The notes: generated by a model not told the origin, from the letters alone. Shown: positions 1 to 14,040, numbered from the whole stretch's first letter. The stretch: 63,617 bases of DNA, filler included, from Choristocarpus tenellus KU-1152 (GCA_964200185.2; 10 parts of 10 records of this genome joined end to end with filler, not necessarily neighbours in it), one strand, 5' to 3'. Numbers and translations are program-made.

Positions 1-3000
1 GAGTCTAGCACTGGTGATAGCACACGTCTAGCCTCCAACTCCTCCCCTTTAGTATTTTCCCCTCCTGCTGTTGCTGCTTTCGACTGAGATATTGCTGGCA
101 GCCCCTCTGCTGCTTTCTCCCCATCCTCCACCCTAGATTTAGCCCCCTTTCCATCCTGTGTTCCAGTGGTAATACCTCCTCCTCTCAAAGCAGTCACTAC
201 TCCTGTGACTGATGCAGCTCTTCCCCGGCTCGTCCCTTTAACGGTCAACTTTCCCATCAAAGTCTCCAAGTTATCCACATACAGCTGAAATGAAGACAGG
301 GCGGACACATGACCAATTCGGGAGTGATGCATATTTCGGGGTAAGAGAAATGAAGGAAGGGTTGTTAACAGCCATCGGGCAGTATTCCCTTGCTGTTAGC
401 TTTGTTCATTGTCAATCATTTGTAACATTTCTTGCACCCACTTCTAATCCACTCTACTCCACTTGTGATTCACCGGGAAAAAAAGCCCCTCAAAAAATAA
501 TCAACAAGGAAGCCTCCTGCCAAAAGCAATGCAACGACGGGTATTTGCTACTGTACACCATACACAGTTGATACATGCACTAGAGCTGCCAAGAGATGAG
601 TGAGCAAGGACTCAAAGAGATTGCAAGGCTGTGCAATAATATTTCTATGGATTTCAACAAGTATGATGGGGATAGGTGGGTGGGGATAGGTGGGAGATGT
701 GCAAAAGATAAGCACAGGTAGCCGGTCTTAATCAAACCACAAAACAATAAGGACAGGAGGTCTGTTAGAGACAGTGCAATATGGGAAGAAAGCCTACATA
801 CAGTACCCAATAGGCGCTGAATCTCAGCTCTTGCTTTTTCCTCATTCCCTTCCTCCCTTGCCTGAATTAGCCCCACATGTTCCTGCTGCTCGAGGTAGGT
901 CTTGGTAGCCAGTCCAAATATTCGTATCAAGCACACAGTGAGATAAACTGAGGCATAGGCGCAGTAGCTTCCAGGAGGGCTCAGCATTGCATCCAATCCC
1001 TCCCTCCAAATCTGAGACATGGGCAGGAGCTGTGCTTGAATAACTTGTACATCAGACCACCATAATGTCAAGTGCAACTCTACAGTGGGTTGGTTCAATT
1101 TTATTGCTTACTTGGCTACTATTGCACAGTAGCATCTGCCTTGTCTTGCATGGCTTATTAGTATTGTCACGATCCATTCATACTTCACAAGAACTTCACT
1201 AATCAAACCACATTCACTTCCATTTCAAAAGAGTGAGATTCACTGCCCCACCCTGTCAAATATTGAGATACTGCTGTTCCTCTGGGGCAGACAGTAGTTT
1301 TTTTTTCTTTATCAAATTCTGACCAATCAGAGGCTGGAAAGATAATCCAGCATAATCATCATTGCACAGACTATCGTCCTATCAATTGCATGCTCTCTGT
1401 GAGTAGTAATATTGATAGTCATCTTCTCCTTGAGCCCATTCCTGGACCCCCTCTTTCACTCTATCTTCATCCCCAGCTGTAGTGAGTTCAGGAAAGTGAA
1501 CCAGCCAGAATTTGATCCCATAACATCTTATCATATCAAATATTGGCATTCCACTGTTTCACCAGGGCAGATAGTTGACATTAATCATGCCCCAAAGATG
1601 GCAGCAAAAGGCATCACACAACTCTGTGTGATGTGATACTTCTGTGGCATCACGCAATACTACAGCTCGGGGACATGGTCCAGTGTCATCCCTGACATGG
1701 TCCAGTGTCATCCCTGACATGGACCTTCACAGCATTTGAAGCAACAGAAGCACCAAGCTTTGAACTTGAACAACTCAACCCGAGTCAAATTATCCTAGAG
1801 GGTAGAGCAGCGTCCATTTGGACGCCAAAATCCCATGTTGCAATTTTGATGTTATTTTGGCTATCATGTTTGTTAGGAGATGTCAATATCCTTGTTCTGG
1901 ACACTCCTTTTCATAACGTATACATTTTACCTACTCAAGATATTTTGGAATAGGTAAAATGTCATTAAAAACTCGTGAGAAGTCAAGCCCCAAATGGACA
2001 AACAGGGCAAAACTCGTACCCTCTAAGATACTTTCACTCACCCATGATATGATGACCCTCATTCCTCCCTCAAACGTATTACTGTTGCACTCTTGAGTTT
2101 AATAGATGTATAGTTAATGCCTCGTAAAGCTAACGAAACATTCACCGTGCATTTCCATCATCCTTTCAGACACAACAATACCTTATCTCACGATTCCCCT
2201 TGCTGTTCCTCAAGTCCACATTTTCTATATAACCCTTACCTGTGTAATGGCCACCAAGAAGGACACAAATACTATAAAGAATGTCGCAGACACACCCAGT
2301 CCCCCCACATCATAGTCAAGTGACAAGTCTTCTTTGAGTACAAAGTTCCTCAACGACCACCAAGCCTGTGCTGTGTGCACCCAAGATTCTTCAGCCTGCT
2401 CTATTCGCTCCCTGTAAGTTGGGAAGGGCGGGGTGAATGGGGACAAGGAGGGGCATTAGGTCAGTTAGGCAGTAAAAGAAGGGGAGTAGACTAAAGGGTG
2501 GGGGGTAAGGGAGGTCTCACATAAATGTGGCATTGCAAGAGATACACAGATGAATAAATGGAAAATTACACCAAGGACAGGGACCCCTGTGATTGCACAC
2601 AGTTGAACATCATTACTTGAACACTCAACTACAAATGCCATGCAGCATTGTGAAGTCAGGGGGTTGTCTCACGCTGTGGACACAAAAAAAAGAAAGTGGT
2701 ACAGATCTACAACGCATCACGGATGCAAACAAAGGCCTTGAGAAAAATGATATCCTTTTCATGGCAAATACAATTTGGAGAAGGTATTGACAAGTTGCGG
2801 CAAATACTTCAAGGATGAGAACCACAAAGCAAGTCACTGTACAAGCAGCAAAAAGTAGGTGCCCTGATGCCATCGCCTTCAGTCTAATAACTTGGCTAAG
2901 GAGATGAGCTTTAACACAGCTCTTCCCAACCCCCCTGCAACTCTCACTTTAGCAGCTTTGACAGGAAGCACACTCGGTGCAGGTTGCCTTGATACAGAGC

Positions 3001-4599
3001 TATCAATCGCCCATAGAAGCCCACATGCAGAAGTAGTATGCTAACAAACACGGTTGCCACGTTCACCCCAACTACAATTATGCTGCTCAGGGTCCCTGGA
3101 AGATCACCCCATTTTCGCCAGCCGATCATGGTGAATGTGAAGGCTGCAACAAAACCAAACATTAGCCATGCCCTTGTGGTCTCAGGACGTACACTGGTAT
3201 TGTGTTTCATGTCAAGGGCGGGTGAGGAAGGATTTGAATGGCATCAGCATCAAATGGGTTGACACAGCACTAGAAATAACAATATGGCATTAGAGGTCAC
3301 TAACATTACCCTGTCATTCAGGTGATCCTCCCTTACAGAACAGATACTGGAAGAGTAGTTTCACCTGGAGCAGGATAAGTTACTACTGATGCTGCGCAAA
3401 CACCCTCGATATCTCACAACTCTCTATATGGTGGCATGTTAATTAGCCCTCAACGCCAACATCAATCTAGAGGTCTCCAGGAATCAACACCCTGGTCTTC
3501 ATCTATGTCAAAATCCTTAATCCTTCACGGCAAATAGCTCAATTCAAAATAAGTAGGTAACACGCTTGCATTCCTTTTTAATTCGCAGTACACAATTTCC
3601 TAGAGAAGGCAACTAGGCAATGCCCCCTAATGCTCCTCCTCTCCCATTACAACACAGACACACGCACCTTCCACCTGGTGGTCCATGCTCATATATCATT
3701 TGCTCTCTCATCTCAAAGGCACGAGGATTCTCTCCCTTGAGCCAGCTCTCAGCTGCTTGTCTCTGGGCCAGCTCCTCGTCCGATACCTTCCACGCCAGGC
3801 AGGTTAGCAATCCTACCATTACCGCCAAGTATATCAGGATGGCACTTTGGCTCATCGTGTAGAAGGCCAGAAGTTCTTTCCCGTTTGCATATCCACACGC
3901 CTGTCCTTCCTCTTGTTCTAATCCCTCCAATGCCAGCCTGAGCGGTTGTGCATTGCTCCACCCCTTAAGGCAGACCGCACACGTGGAGAGACACAAGGGT
4001 GGGCCGCCCAGTCTGGCGGCTGTGAGGGTGACTGCTATCACGACACTCAGGAAGGACAGCGACAGGACAGGAATGAGACGAGGGGGCAGGAACTCCTCCA
4101 TGGAAGCGACAAAGCTACGCTTGAATCTGTCGAAACTTGGCAACACCACGCTTGCTCTCTTTGCCCCCACCACGAACATGGCGTTATAGAAACACCACAA
4201 TAATAGGGGGGGCGCAGCCAGCCACGGCGAACCAGACAACGCGAACGGAATGGCAATACTTAGGATGCAGAGGGAAAAGTGGAAGGTTAGTTCCCACTGA
4301 AACACGAACTTGTGTAGCCGCAGGAATATTCGCCTTCCCTTTCCTTCATCTTCCCCTCGGCCCCTTTCTCCATCCAACCATTCCCCCCTTGGCAGGAGCA
4401 TGTCCCCAGCATCAGAGCCTGTGACGGCTGACCCCGCTCCTATGCCCATCCCCACCTCTCCTTCACCAGAATCGTCATCTCTCTCGCGGCATTCCTTTCC
4501 AATGCTCTCGATGTCAGCCCTCGGCGACCGGGGCGAGCATGCTCTGTTTTCCTCTCTCTCCCAATTGAACTTGCTGGTGGTCGCAGTAATTCGCCGCAT
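1..4599 (-). CDS. Multi-exon multi-pass membrane protein, PHTF-like C-terminal region; 3' end runs off the window. Exons 4599-3668, 3193-2948, 2411-2240, 1011-862, 284-<1
   Basis: Exons join in frame with consistent phases (2,2,0,0) at AG|GTGCGT, AA|GTGAGA, CAG|GTAAGG and a GC donor CAG|GCAAGG. Several hydrophobic helices. The segments AQAWWSLRNFVL, CLIRIFGLATKTY and IQLYVD resemble the PHTF C-terminal region (by eye). Confidence 0.7.
1782..2039 (+). mobile_element. MITE family A, full length (258 bp), intronic
   Basis: TIRs GAGTCAAA(G/T)TATC..AGAGGGTA / TACCCTCTAAGATACTTTCACTC; 4-bp TSD ACCC on both sides. Confidence 0.92.
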
Positions 4600-5096
4600 G
4601 TCGCTGACCTTCGGCTCAAGACACCTACACCTACCTGATTAGATGCCGTCAGAAGTTTGACACGGGCCATGGGTTGAACAAAAATTGAGGGAATGTCATC
4701 CATTCGGAATTTAAATATGGATTGGTGGATCGGGAGAAGAAAAGTCAGGATACAGCAATCCAGTTGTAGCAATCCCCGAATAGCCCAGTACTGGCACCGT
4801 AAAGATCGACCACCACTCTCTTTTTATGCTCACAAAGACAGGAAATTAGAGGTAGGAATACCTTGCGATCTATTCCTCTTACGCACGCCAGACAGGAAAG
4901 TTGTTCCTGTTTGCATTGAAGTCGGTCACCCCTTTCACTAACCATCTACTTAGAAAAGATTGAAGATGTTTATTATTGGCGTTCCAAAAACGACGAAGGC
5001 GAGTAAGTGTTTCCTCTATCGTTTCCTAACCCGAACGACTTATTGACGAAGGTCAACTTCTCCTTCACCTTTTATCAGTTGCTGCTATCTTTCAAG

Positions 5097-7654
5097 ATGC
5101 AGCAACTATCAGAGCTGAGGGCGGAAATATGGCGAACTCGAGATGACCTTGAGCGGATAAAGTCTCGCACATCGAGTATTGACCGCTTCCATCGCTCTAC
5201 ACCAGTTTCGGCAACCCGTTATGTCAGGGAAGACGAGGTGGCCAGGGAACAGCATTTTAGAGGTACACCGGTCTCACCTCGCTCCACCCACACAGATCGA
5301 GAGCCTCTCGGAGAAAAAAAGAGAGGTGACGAGGGTGCTAGCGTCCTGACGAGCTTATCTGGATCTGAACGAGGTGCCGAGGCAACCTTGTCTAGCCTCA
5401 AGGTAGATGGCGAGTCCTTCAAGAATTGGACTGATGAAGCTGCCTCGATCGCTGTAAAACTGATTGAGGAGGTCAAGAAACTGCGTTGGGAGCGTGAGTC
5501 GTGGCTTGAGCGGGAGGCTCGAGGTACGCGGGATTGTGAGGAACTGCTCTCTCGAGTTGAGGGTCTAGAAAAGCGATTGAAAGAGGCAGATGCTGACAAC
5601 AGGAGTCTGCGAGACGAGGTTATACGATTGAGAGATGCGGAGCGCGATCAAGCACGGGTGGCTGATCGAGCGAGGGAAGAAGTGCGAGCAGCGGATCAGG
5701 AAACGGAATCGCTCCGGGCGCAGATGGCTGTAACAGAGGGTAAGGTGGGGTCTTTTGCAAAGAGTAGGAGAGGAGATGCATTAGCAAACTCTCTGAAGGA
5801 GGAACTGAGGAGGGAGAAAGCAGAGGTGGACGCGCTGCAACGGCAGTTAGATAACGCCAAAGCAGCCTCGGCCAAGCATATGCGCGAGCGGCGTGCCTGG
5901 CAAGAGTCGCGGGGGAAATTGGACCATCTCCGGCTTATGTGGGGCAAACAGCTGAAGAAGGTGACCTTGGTGAAATGTATTGCAAAGCGCAAGTTATTGA
6001 TTGGATGCAGTATTTAGTGTGTGCCATGGGTAAAGTATGTGGAATAGTGGGGTCCAAGGTAGCATGTGCCCAAGCGACTTCAAGTTCTGATTATTCTGGT
6101 ATAAACAATATTTCCAGTAATGTTTACGAGTTTACTTCATGATGGTGCAAACTCCAGAGGAACTGTTGCATGTAACCCTGAAAGAAATCGCATACCAACA
6201 AGTAGTGCTTTTTTTCTGTTAGTTCTATACCCCATGCATCTGGCAGACAGCCACATCCCCAGCCTCCCTCTTCTCCCACCACCTTTCTATCCCTTGTTCC
6301 CAGGTTGCGAAGAAGATGCGATCGCTTTCCAAGGAGAACACCTCCCTCCGAGGACAGCGAAAGCAGGAAGTCAAACGAATGAAAATGGATTGGGAACAAA
6401 GCAGTGAGAGTGCTAAAAAAGCTACAGCCGCCACTGCTGCAGCTACTAGGGCAATAGAAAATATTCTGCGGGAGGAGTTGACAAAGGCGACTCATCAACA
6501 GGCATCTCATCAACAGGACATGCTCTTACCTCCTCCTGCAAACCGCCAACATGGTGGGGATGTAGAGGATGGGAGGGTTACAAGCTCGGGCACAGCTAAT
6601 GCTGCTGCTGCTGCTGCAGCTGCTGCAGCTGCAAATGTGCTCAGGGGCTTTCTTGTGGGTGGCGGGATTTGTAAGAATGAACCAGCTCGGGGAGAGGAAC
6701 ATGGCGGATTGACCGGCGTCGGGGACAGGTGTAGGAACCTGGGAAACAATGAGGAGCTGGAAGCAGAACTTGAGCAGGTAAAAGTAGAAGCTCGATTGGC
6801 CCGAATTGCAGTGCAGCAGGAACGACTGAAGTGTGAGGATGCATCACGGGAAAAGGAGGAGGCCGTGAGGCAGCTGCACCAGTTGACAGAGGCTGCTCGT
6901 CGGGCCGTGGGCCGACGTGACACACGCTTGCGATCAAGTCGCCTGGAGACAGAACTCGTTTGGAATGCCCTCACCCAAGCAGTACGATGAAGGGTATGCT
7001 TTAGCCTGGTGGACAAGAGAGGACTGGGTGGGGTTATGAGAATTGGCGACATGACAGCAATAAATCTTCCTTGGGATGCTGAGGGAGGCAAGATACAAGG
7101 CAAGGGATGGGCTGGGGTGATTTGTATGCTTTCTGCGCTGATATTGCTGTTATTGAACTTACCGGCACATCTCAGAAGAGAAAATGCTGGACCTGCAAAA
7201 CATGTTTTATTGCATAGGAAATTCTGTGTTTCCTGTACTCCGTGGAGGAGATGTCTGTCCCTTGTCGAACACATTGCATGCAATAGTGGTGTCATTGAAA
7301 CCAGTCTTGTAACTTAGTTCAATTTATGCCCAGAAAGATGGGTATGCATGTGTGTGTGTGTGAGCCATCAAAGCAATACCTCAAGACAGAACATACTATA
7401 CAGTCAAGGTTATTGTGTCCCTTGTACTACTAATACACTGTTGTATATATAATAAATAGGCCACTTAGAAATGATACTTTGAAGACAAGCATTGTGGAAT
7501 GTGGATTACATCATGATCCAGTCAGTGCTACTTGATCTTTTCAATTTAGCTATCAAGCTTGCTGCCTGCCAACACCCCATTGGACATCAGTGGTAGGCAC
7601 AACAACAGTGGCAAAAAATCTCCCCTGAAGGTGGATTCACACCATTGTGGGTAA
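5097..7654 (+). CDS. Coiled-coil protein of unknown function; probable exons 5097-5960, 6304-6981, 7550-7654
   Basis: Long E/R/K/L/A-rich heptad ORFs. Phase-0 joins AAG|GTGACC...CCCAG|GTT and GCA|GTACGA...TTTAG|CTA. The last exon is less certain. Confidence 0.65.
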
Positions 7655-8650
7655 GGTAGACAACCTCCACGCTGTTGGCATCATTGAGGAAATCTGTAGG
7701 TGCTTCCAGACCTCTGCATGCCCAAGTAAAAGCAGACAGACAAGCACGAACAGGATAGCCCTGCAATCCAGGTGACTGGAACTCTGGTGCAACACTTCAT
7801 TACAAAAAACAAAATGATTTTATCACGTTCCTGTCACCACTCAGGTGAAGCCCAAAGCAAACTCATCTCCTCTCGTAGAGAGAGAGGGGGGCAGGGGGCA
7901 TTGAATCCACACCCTCTGGCAGATATGCTGGTGCAGGGACAGTGAAAAGTATTCAATTGCAAATCCTTGGTACTTGGCACACCTCTGAACATCATGGCAG
8001 GCCCAGTCACATTTAGAATACAGGATGATGAAAAGGGCAGGGAAAAAAAAGAAGAAAAGTCACTTCTTTTTCTTGTCCTGCCCATACGTGGAGATGAGAG
8101 AGTCGTTTGGGAAAGAGACCGCCCACCGGATGATTGAGCACGATGGAGGAGAGTCCAAGAGAGGTTTGAGAGGGAGGAGAGTGGAAAGAGGGCAGGGCAG
8201 GGAAGGTGTATTAGAACAAGAGGACGAGATAGGTTTGCGAACACAAGATGGCGTCTTTCGCATATCTCCCGCTCGATCTATCAAAAATCACATTGATTCC
8301 CCACTGGCAATCACTGTAACATTTCATCCAAGAAACACACGCAGTGGCTTTGCACTCAACAGGATCAAATGCAAAGAGACAAAGATCCTGGGAACTTCTG
8401 ACTTCACATATTTAAAATACATGTATGACTCCAGAAGCACCAGCTATTATTAATAGGGTTAAGTGCAGAGCAGAGCAGAGCACACTCCTCGGCACCACAA
8501 TGCAAACAATACAACTGGCGTGCTGTACAAATTGCTGTCTCAGTTGAATAACCCAGCAAGTCGCTCAAATCAAGCAACAACAAAGATTACACAGGTGTTG
8601 GAAGGGTGGGGGGAGGGGACCATCCGCGTACTAGGTAACTCACCGCAGGC

Positions 8651-8750
8651 NNNNNNNNNNNNNNNNNNNNNNNNNNNNNNNNNNNNNNNNNNNNTTAATT
8701 AATTAANNNNNNNNNNNNNNNNNNNNNNNNNNNNNNNNNNNNNNNNNNNN
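8651..8750. other. Artificial contig-joining spacer; identical spacers at 11851-11950, 21144-21243, 27073-27172, 35244-35343, 45588-45687, 48270-48369, 51860-51959, 60165-60264
   Basis: Each is 100 bp: N runs around TTAATTAATTAA, which gives stop codons in all six frames. Confidence 0.98.
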
Positions 8751-8761
8751 TTGCTTCCACA

Positions 8762-9223
8762 GGTAAAGGGGGTGGCTTGTGTCGCCTACCTCTCCCCCCG
8801 CGTTGCCCCCACACCAGCCCGCCAACAATGATGTGCTGGAGCTTCATGTCAATGACGCTTCAGCGACCGGCACCAAGCTTCGATCGGGGTGGGTTGAACC
8901 CATCCCAGTCAACGAACAGACTGGCTGCTGCACGCACTTAGTCTGCTTTACGAAGTTCACGGCAGATGCCGATTCCTTCCTTGCACGCACCTTGGCCAAA
9001 GAGCAGGACATCATACGGGCGTGTGACAACCGCCAAGATCGCAAGGAGTTCGTTGGCGAGCGTGTACCTGCGGTTAAGTTGGGACCTGGATGTGGATCTA
9101 TGCTCGCGGCCGGCATTCCCGTCTGCACGAAGTTCTTCAAGGCATCGTTCGGGATATCAAATCATGTCATCGACGCCTGCAAAGGTACACCTAAAGCAAG
9201 AGCATCAGCCAGCGTGAGGAGGT
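8762..9223 (+). pseudogene. N-terminal Cys-rich exon of a Sola-type DNA transposase
   Basis: GCCTHLVCFTKF...GIPVCTKFFKASFGISNHVID matches the C-C...VCxxxFxxxxGIS pattern that precedes Sola-type catalytic domains. Ends at AG|GTGGGT. Confidence 0.55.
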
Positions 9224-9520
9224 GGGTTTGAAGTGTGTACACAGTGTCACTTGTACCAAGGTCTTGTTCCCCCCTGCTAGAGCACACAATAGTAGTCCTA
9301 TCTGAGAATAATGTGATCCGACTGTACTCACCCGGTTCACTTTGCGCTTACCATCCCTAGGTTTACAGTATTGCTAGAGCGCAATCTCTACATCACCGCC
9401 ATCATACATGCGGGTTGCAACACACAAACCAAAACTAAAGACCGTGCAGTTGGTTACTTGGTGACTGGTATTCAGCAAGGCTGTGTTGAGTAGGTTGTGT
9501 CAGGGTAAAACCTTCTTACC

Positions 9521-11530
9521 TGCCAATGCACGTGCTGGATGATGCAATTCCCCGATTCATCAAGGCTGTTGCGGTACTTGTCGATAAGCCTTGTGAGGGC
9601 AAGGTGTGTGGCTGGGCAGACAAGGTTGCAACCTGCACGAACAATGATGTTCAACAACTGTTGATAAAAAAGTACTCTGCTCATTTACGCATTGTTTATT
9701 TGGAGCTGAAAAGAGGGGTGATGTAATTCGCTTATGCAATGTAGAGGACATACGCCCATACGGGTGATGTACATGTCTGCGATCTCCACTACCCGCTGAT
9801 TAGCTCTTACGATACTCTACAGTACGTACCTCCTCCAAGATTGATAGGAGTGAAGAACAATTCCGCGAACTGACCTTCGACGGGTGCGGCCATGACCTTC
9901 TGGCACTCGGAGTAGCCCCTAATAAGGGGGGACATGAACGAAAGGAAGGGATAAAGAAAGGTCATCATGATGAACGGAATAGGTAGTGGAATTATGTGCA
10001 TTTGTTTTGGCGATTATTTCTTGGGACTTTGCACTCATCCGTAGGATAAAACATGGTCATCTATTCTGTTCCGCGTGCGGCTGCAAAGTTCTTGTCGCAT
10101 GGACTGTGTGTGTGTGCGGTTACCTGTCACCGCCATGGGTAGGTGGGAAAAGTGTCGGGAAGGCGTGACCTGTCTGGTTCGCGGCGTCTACAGACGTGAA
10201 CACGAAATCGAGAGGTTTGCCGTCGGCTTTGGCCCGCATGGCGTTGCTGGTGCTGTTGGCGATGGCCAGCAGATCCGCTTTGATAATCTGGCAAATGGGG
10301 AACAGCAACATCACGTGAATTATTCAAATAAATCTGCTCAGAGTCTTAAAAAAAAATGCCGTCATTTAACACGTACCAGGTTGGTTAGTAGCAAAAATGT
10401 AGTCTGGGTATCAACAGATGATAATATTGGGATATGTTTTTTACTGCTGAGTTCAAGACACACACCAAGTTATCGGGATGGTAGAAAGTACATACGTACC
10501 GGGCCGGAAGATCGCTACATGACCTGTCCCTCCCACAGCCCGTTGTACACTATCACGAAGCAGTCTGTCTTACAAGGTGTTTGGGCAGCTAGTAACAGCA
10601 ATTTTTGTGGTGAGTGAGGCTACTGTTGCTGTCATAAACACCTACGTGGGAGTCTTCATTCGCAAAAGGACACAGATTCACTCAGGTTAGGAGGGCGATG
10701 ACGACGACCTTTCGCCACTGTACGCTTGATGCAAAATTAAGCCTGGACACCTACCTCTTAATGGTCTGACAGCTCCTTATCGATGGACTCGAGGACGGTG
10801 GAGTCGTTGATGGGTCTTACACCAGGCGCACCGTGCCGCTTCTCTTTTAACGTGACACGTATGTCACAGTTCATAAACTCGCCTCCTACCCTCACCCGGA
10901 TGTTGGGCCTGTCCTCTCTGAGCACTCGTAGGAAGTACTCCTTGCTTACCCGCTTGGAAGGGTTGTCAGGATACACCCGTATTGCCTCTTTGCAAAAATC
11001 CTTGTATAGCTCCTAATTAAAAATTTTGGTTGTGTGGGCAAGTGAGGAGTTATTGAGAAGGTACACTCGAAGAACACCCCTGCTACATCTATTGAAGGCG
11101 GACTGACAAATAAATCTACTGAGAACGCGGATGTTTGAATAGTAGTATATACTTTGAATAGCAGTATATATATATGTATAGTAGTACATATTTGTGTATA
11201 TTTGTATAATAGTAGTATATATTTGTATAATAGTAGTACATATTTGACAGGATCAAGCAAGCTTACGTCATGCATTACGAAAGAGCAAATGCAATGATCG
11301 AAATAAATCTGCCATGAGCGTCATTCGGTTTGGGCCTCGCTGCCATTAGCAGAGGCGACAAAGGAGGCGAATCTACCATCATTATCATCATCATCACGAA
11401 GAGATTTGTACATACAAAGCACACACTTTTGCTACCAATTTCAGACCGGGTCCGGGGCCGCAGAGTATGTGTGCTCGGCGTTGAAATAGCATTTATTGTG
11501 TCTTCCTTCGTAAAATCGACAACGAGTATC
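9521..11530 (-). pseudogene. Degenerate, intron-containing Sola-type (DDD) transposase, middle to catalytic exons
   Basis: Motifs in the expected order: ELYKDF...VSKEYFLRVLREDRPNIRVRVGGEFMNCD (10758-11011), FVFTSVDAANQTGHAFP (first catalytic Asp), QKVMAA...FFTPINLGGG, CNLVC..THLALTRL...HVHWQ| (immediately before the usual DN motif). Stops and frameshifts present. Confidence 0.6.
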
Positions 11531-11950
11531 ATAATGGAAATTGGTATATCGACAGAGCAAACAAAAAGGATAGCACTTTGTACGAATCTTGACATGTTCT
11601 TTTAACCATAATATCGAACCGGTCAAGGTAATAATGAACATCCACCACTCGATACACTACTTGGATCCACCTTTTCTACGTACTGCCGGGTCACACGGTT
11701 TTCATCTAACTCCAACACAACCGGGTGCAGCCAACCTCTCCACAACCAAGGGGAAAACCGACCTGTTTGTTCGTGGCGTAGATCACAATTGTTGACTTGT
11801 GAGGCATGAACTTCCCGTATGTATCAACCCAGTAGTCTATCCAGGACATCNNNNNNNNNNNNNNNNNNNNNNNNNNNNNNNNNNNNNNNNNNNNTTAATT
11901 AATTAANNNNNNNNNNNNNNNNNNNNNNNNNNNNNNNNNNNNNNNNNNNN

Positions 11951-12019
11951 CAAAAATTGCGACATGAACAAATTGACCCCAAATGGACAGCCGCCACCCC
12001 CTCCCAGATACTTTGAGTC
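11951..12019 (+). mobile_element. MITE family B, 3' part at contig start
   Basis: CCAAATGGACAGCCGCCACCCC...CCAGATACTTTGAGTC matches the full copies. Confidence 0.85.
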
Positions 12020-14040
12020 AGTAGACGTATGTATGTATGTATGTATTGTAAATACAATATGTAGTGAATGATGCATATAAGCATGCCAAACCGTTACCGG
12101 CTCCCCCTCGGGGGGCTCGTCTGTCCTTGTACCTTTGGCTTGGTTGAGGTCGCTTCCAAATCGTAGCGGTGCCCTCCACAAGCACCGAAATATTCTTGAT
12201 CAAAAATATATATGCACTTTCCGCGCACCATTCCGGGTCTTGCCCATCCTCAATAAAAAGCTCCATCCTCAATAAAATGCTCCATCCTCAATTTTGATGG
12301 TCGGCTGTTCCTTGCAGATTTAATACGCAACAAAAATACAGCAATCATTACCCAACTGTTGAGTCCTCTCACTCTAAACTTGTCTCAAGGTTACGGATAT
12401 TCGTCGATGCCAAAAATATTATGTGTGTATGTGTGTTGTTACCACTAATCATCATCACCATCATTGTTGTTATTTTTATCAAAAATAGTATTGTTTACAT
12501 TACTCTGATTAGTCCCAACCTGTAGTCTAAGGATAGAGGAAAAGTAATACACAATGAAACAGGAAACAACAACGAGAAAAGCAGCATTCAGTGGGCAGTG
12601 GTGAGTGTGCATGTGAACTAATATGCTAGGGTCGATTTAGTTGTTGCTTTAGCATGACATACATCAGCTATCACAGCTTCCCTCCTTTGCCACTCATCCA
12701 TGAAGCTCTTTGTTCCGGCAACCGGATCCTGGTATCACCTGTCTAGGTTTGTTGCCCACTTTGCTACAAGCCCACATTCTCTTGTTCCCTTGGTATATGT
12801 ACATGCTTGCCACCGTGAGGGGGTTGAGTAGGCATATACGTTTTTATGTGCTACTATGTAGACCTGTATCAATTGATGCTGTGCCAGAAAAGCTACCTTT
12901 CTGGGGTGTTTGGTTGGGAACATAATATTCACGCACAGATTATTGTCACGAAATACCTGTAGAAGGAGGATTGAATGATCACAAAAGTGTATGTTATTTG
13001 ATGCATTTATCTATGGCAAGGAGACATGAGAAGACAGTGAGGGGTTTACCTGAAGGAAGGAGTAGCAAGCATGGATGCCCTTGATATTCTTTGGCAAGGG
13101 TGAGGCAGTAAGACATTGAAGCAAACATTTGCTGACATCTCTATGTTTTAAGAGAGAGACGATGAGATAGAGTAAGATCCTGCAGGAAGTAGTATAGGTA
13201 GCATCTATGTGCATACATGAATTGATGCAGTCTTGATTGATTGAAACTACTGAGTATTGCTATTGTTGAGTATAGAGCCCAAGCTGCAGTTGATATATTG
13301 TAAGGTAAATGAAGATGACTATTAGGCAGAGCAACAGATTTTTCAATAATATTGTGGTTGAACAGGTGTTAGCACATGTAGATACAGGACGATATAAGGG
13401 AGAGAGAGAGATAGAACTAGCGTATAGTGTTGAGGTTCCTCAGGCAAGATGGACTCTGGCTGGATAAGTAGGCATCCGCTTCCTGTCCACGGTGGCTGCT
13501 CCCTTATCAAATGATTCAAGTCAAGAGAGTAAAAAATACGATGGCCATTTTACGGAACGGCAGAGTTGAACTCACTAAGGTGATTGCAGAAATGCTAACA
13601 TGACGATTGCGTTCCTAGAAGATGCAGCAAGTAGGTGAGGAAAAGGAAACAATCGACATTGAGAAGTACCTCCCTCTACGGTTCCTGTTGTGATACTATA
13701 TTATATTGGGATAACATAAATGATGGTCAAGGTTAGAAAAACAAAAGACACTGAGAAAAACAAAAATGTTTTTGTGATGGTGTGGGGCTGAGAGGTGATG
13801 CTATAATTTAACATCACTTGTCTCCCCTAAAGGTGAGATGGATGCTCGTAAACCCCATCTGATTACGGTCGGTTACTATCAATGGAAACCTAGATAAACT
13901 GATTGCATGATTGCATGATACCTGTACATCTTCTCTGCTGTTCCTTTTTTGTATCTTGCTCTTTCAAGTTGACCTGGATGTTGAATACTAATACTTCTCC
14001 TGTTGTCTCTCCTCCCGAACGCAGGCTGTACAACACAATG

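Noticed and set aside
2625-2873. Hydrophobic ORF as an exon of the membrane gene
   Set aside because: Exons 3193-2948 and 2411-2240 join in frame without it.
8695-8706. TTAATTAATTAA as a biological motif
   Set aside because: Always centred in an identical N spacer; it is an assembly linker.
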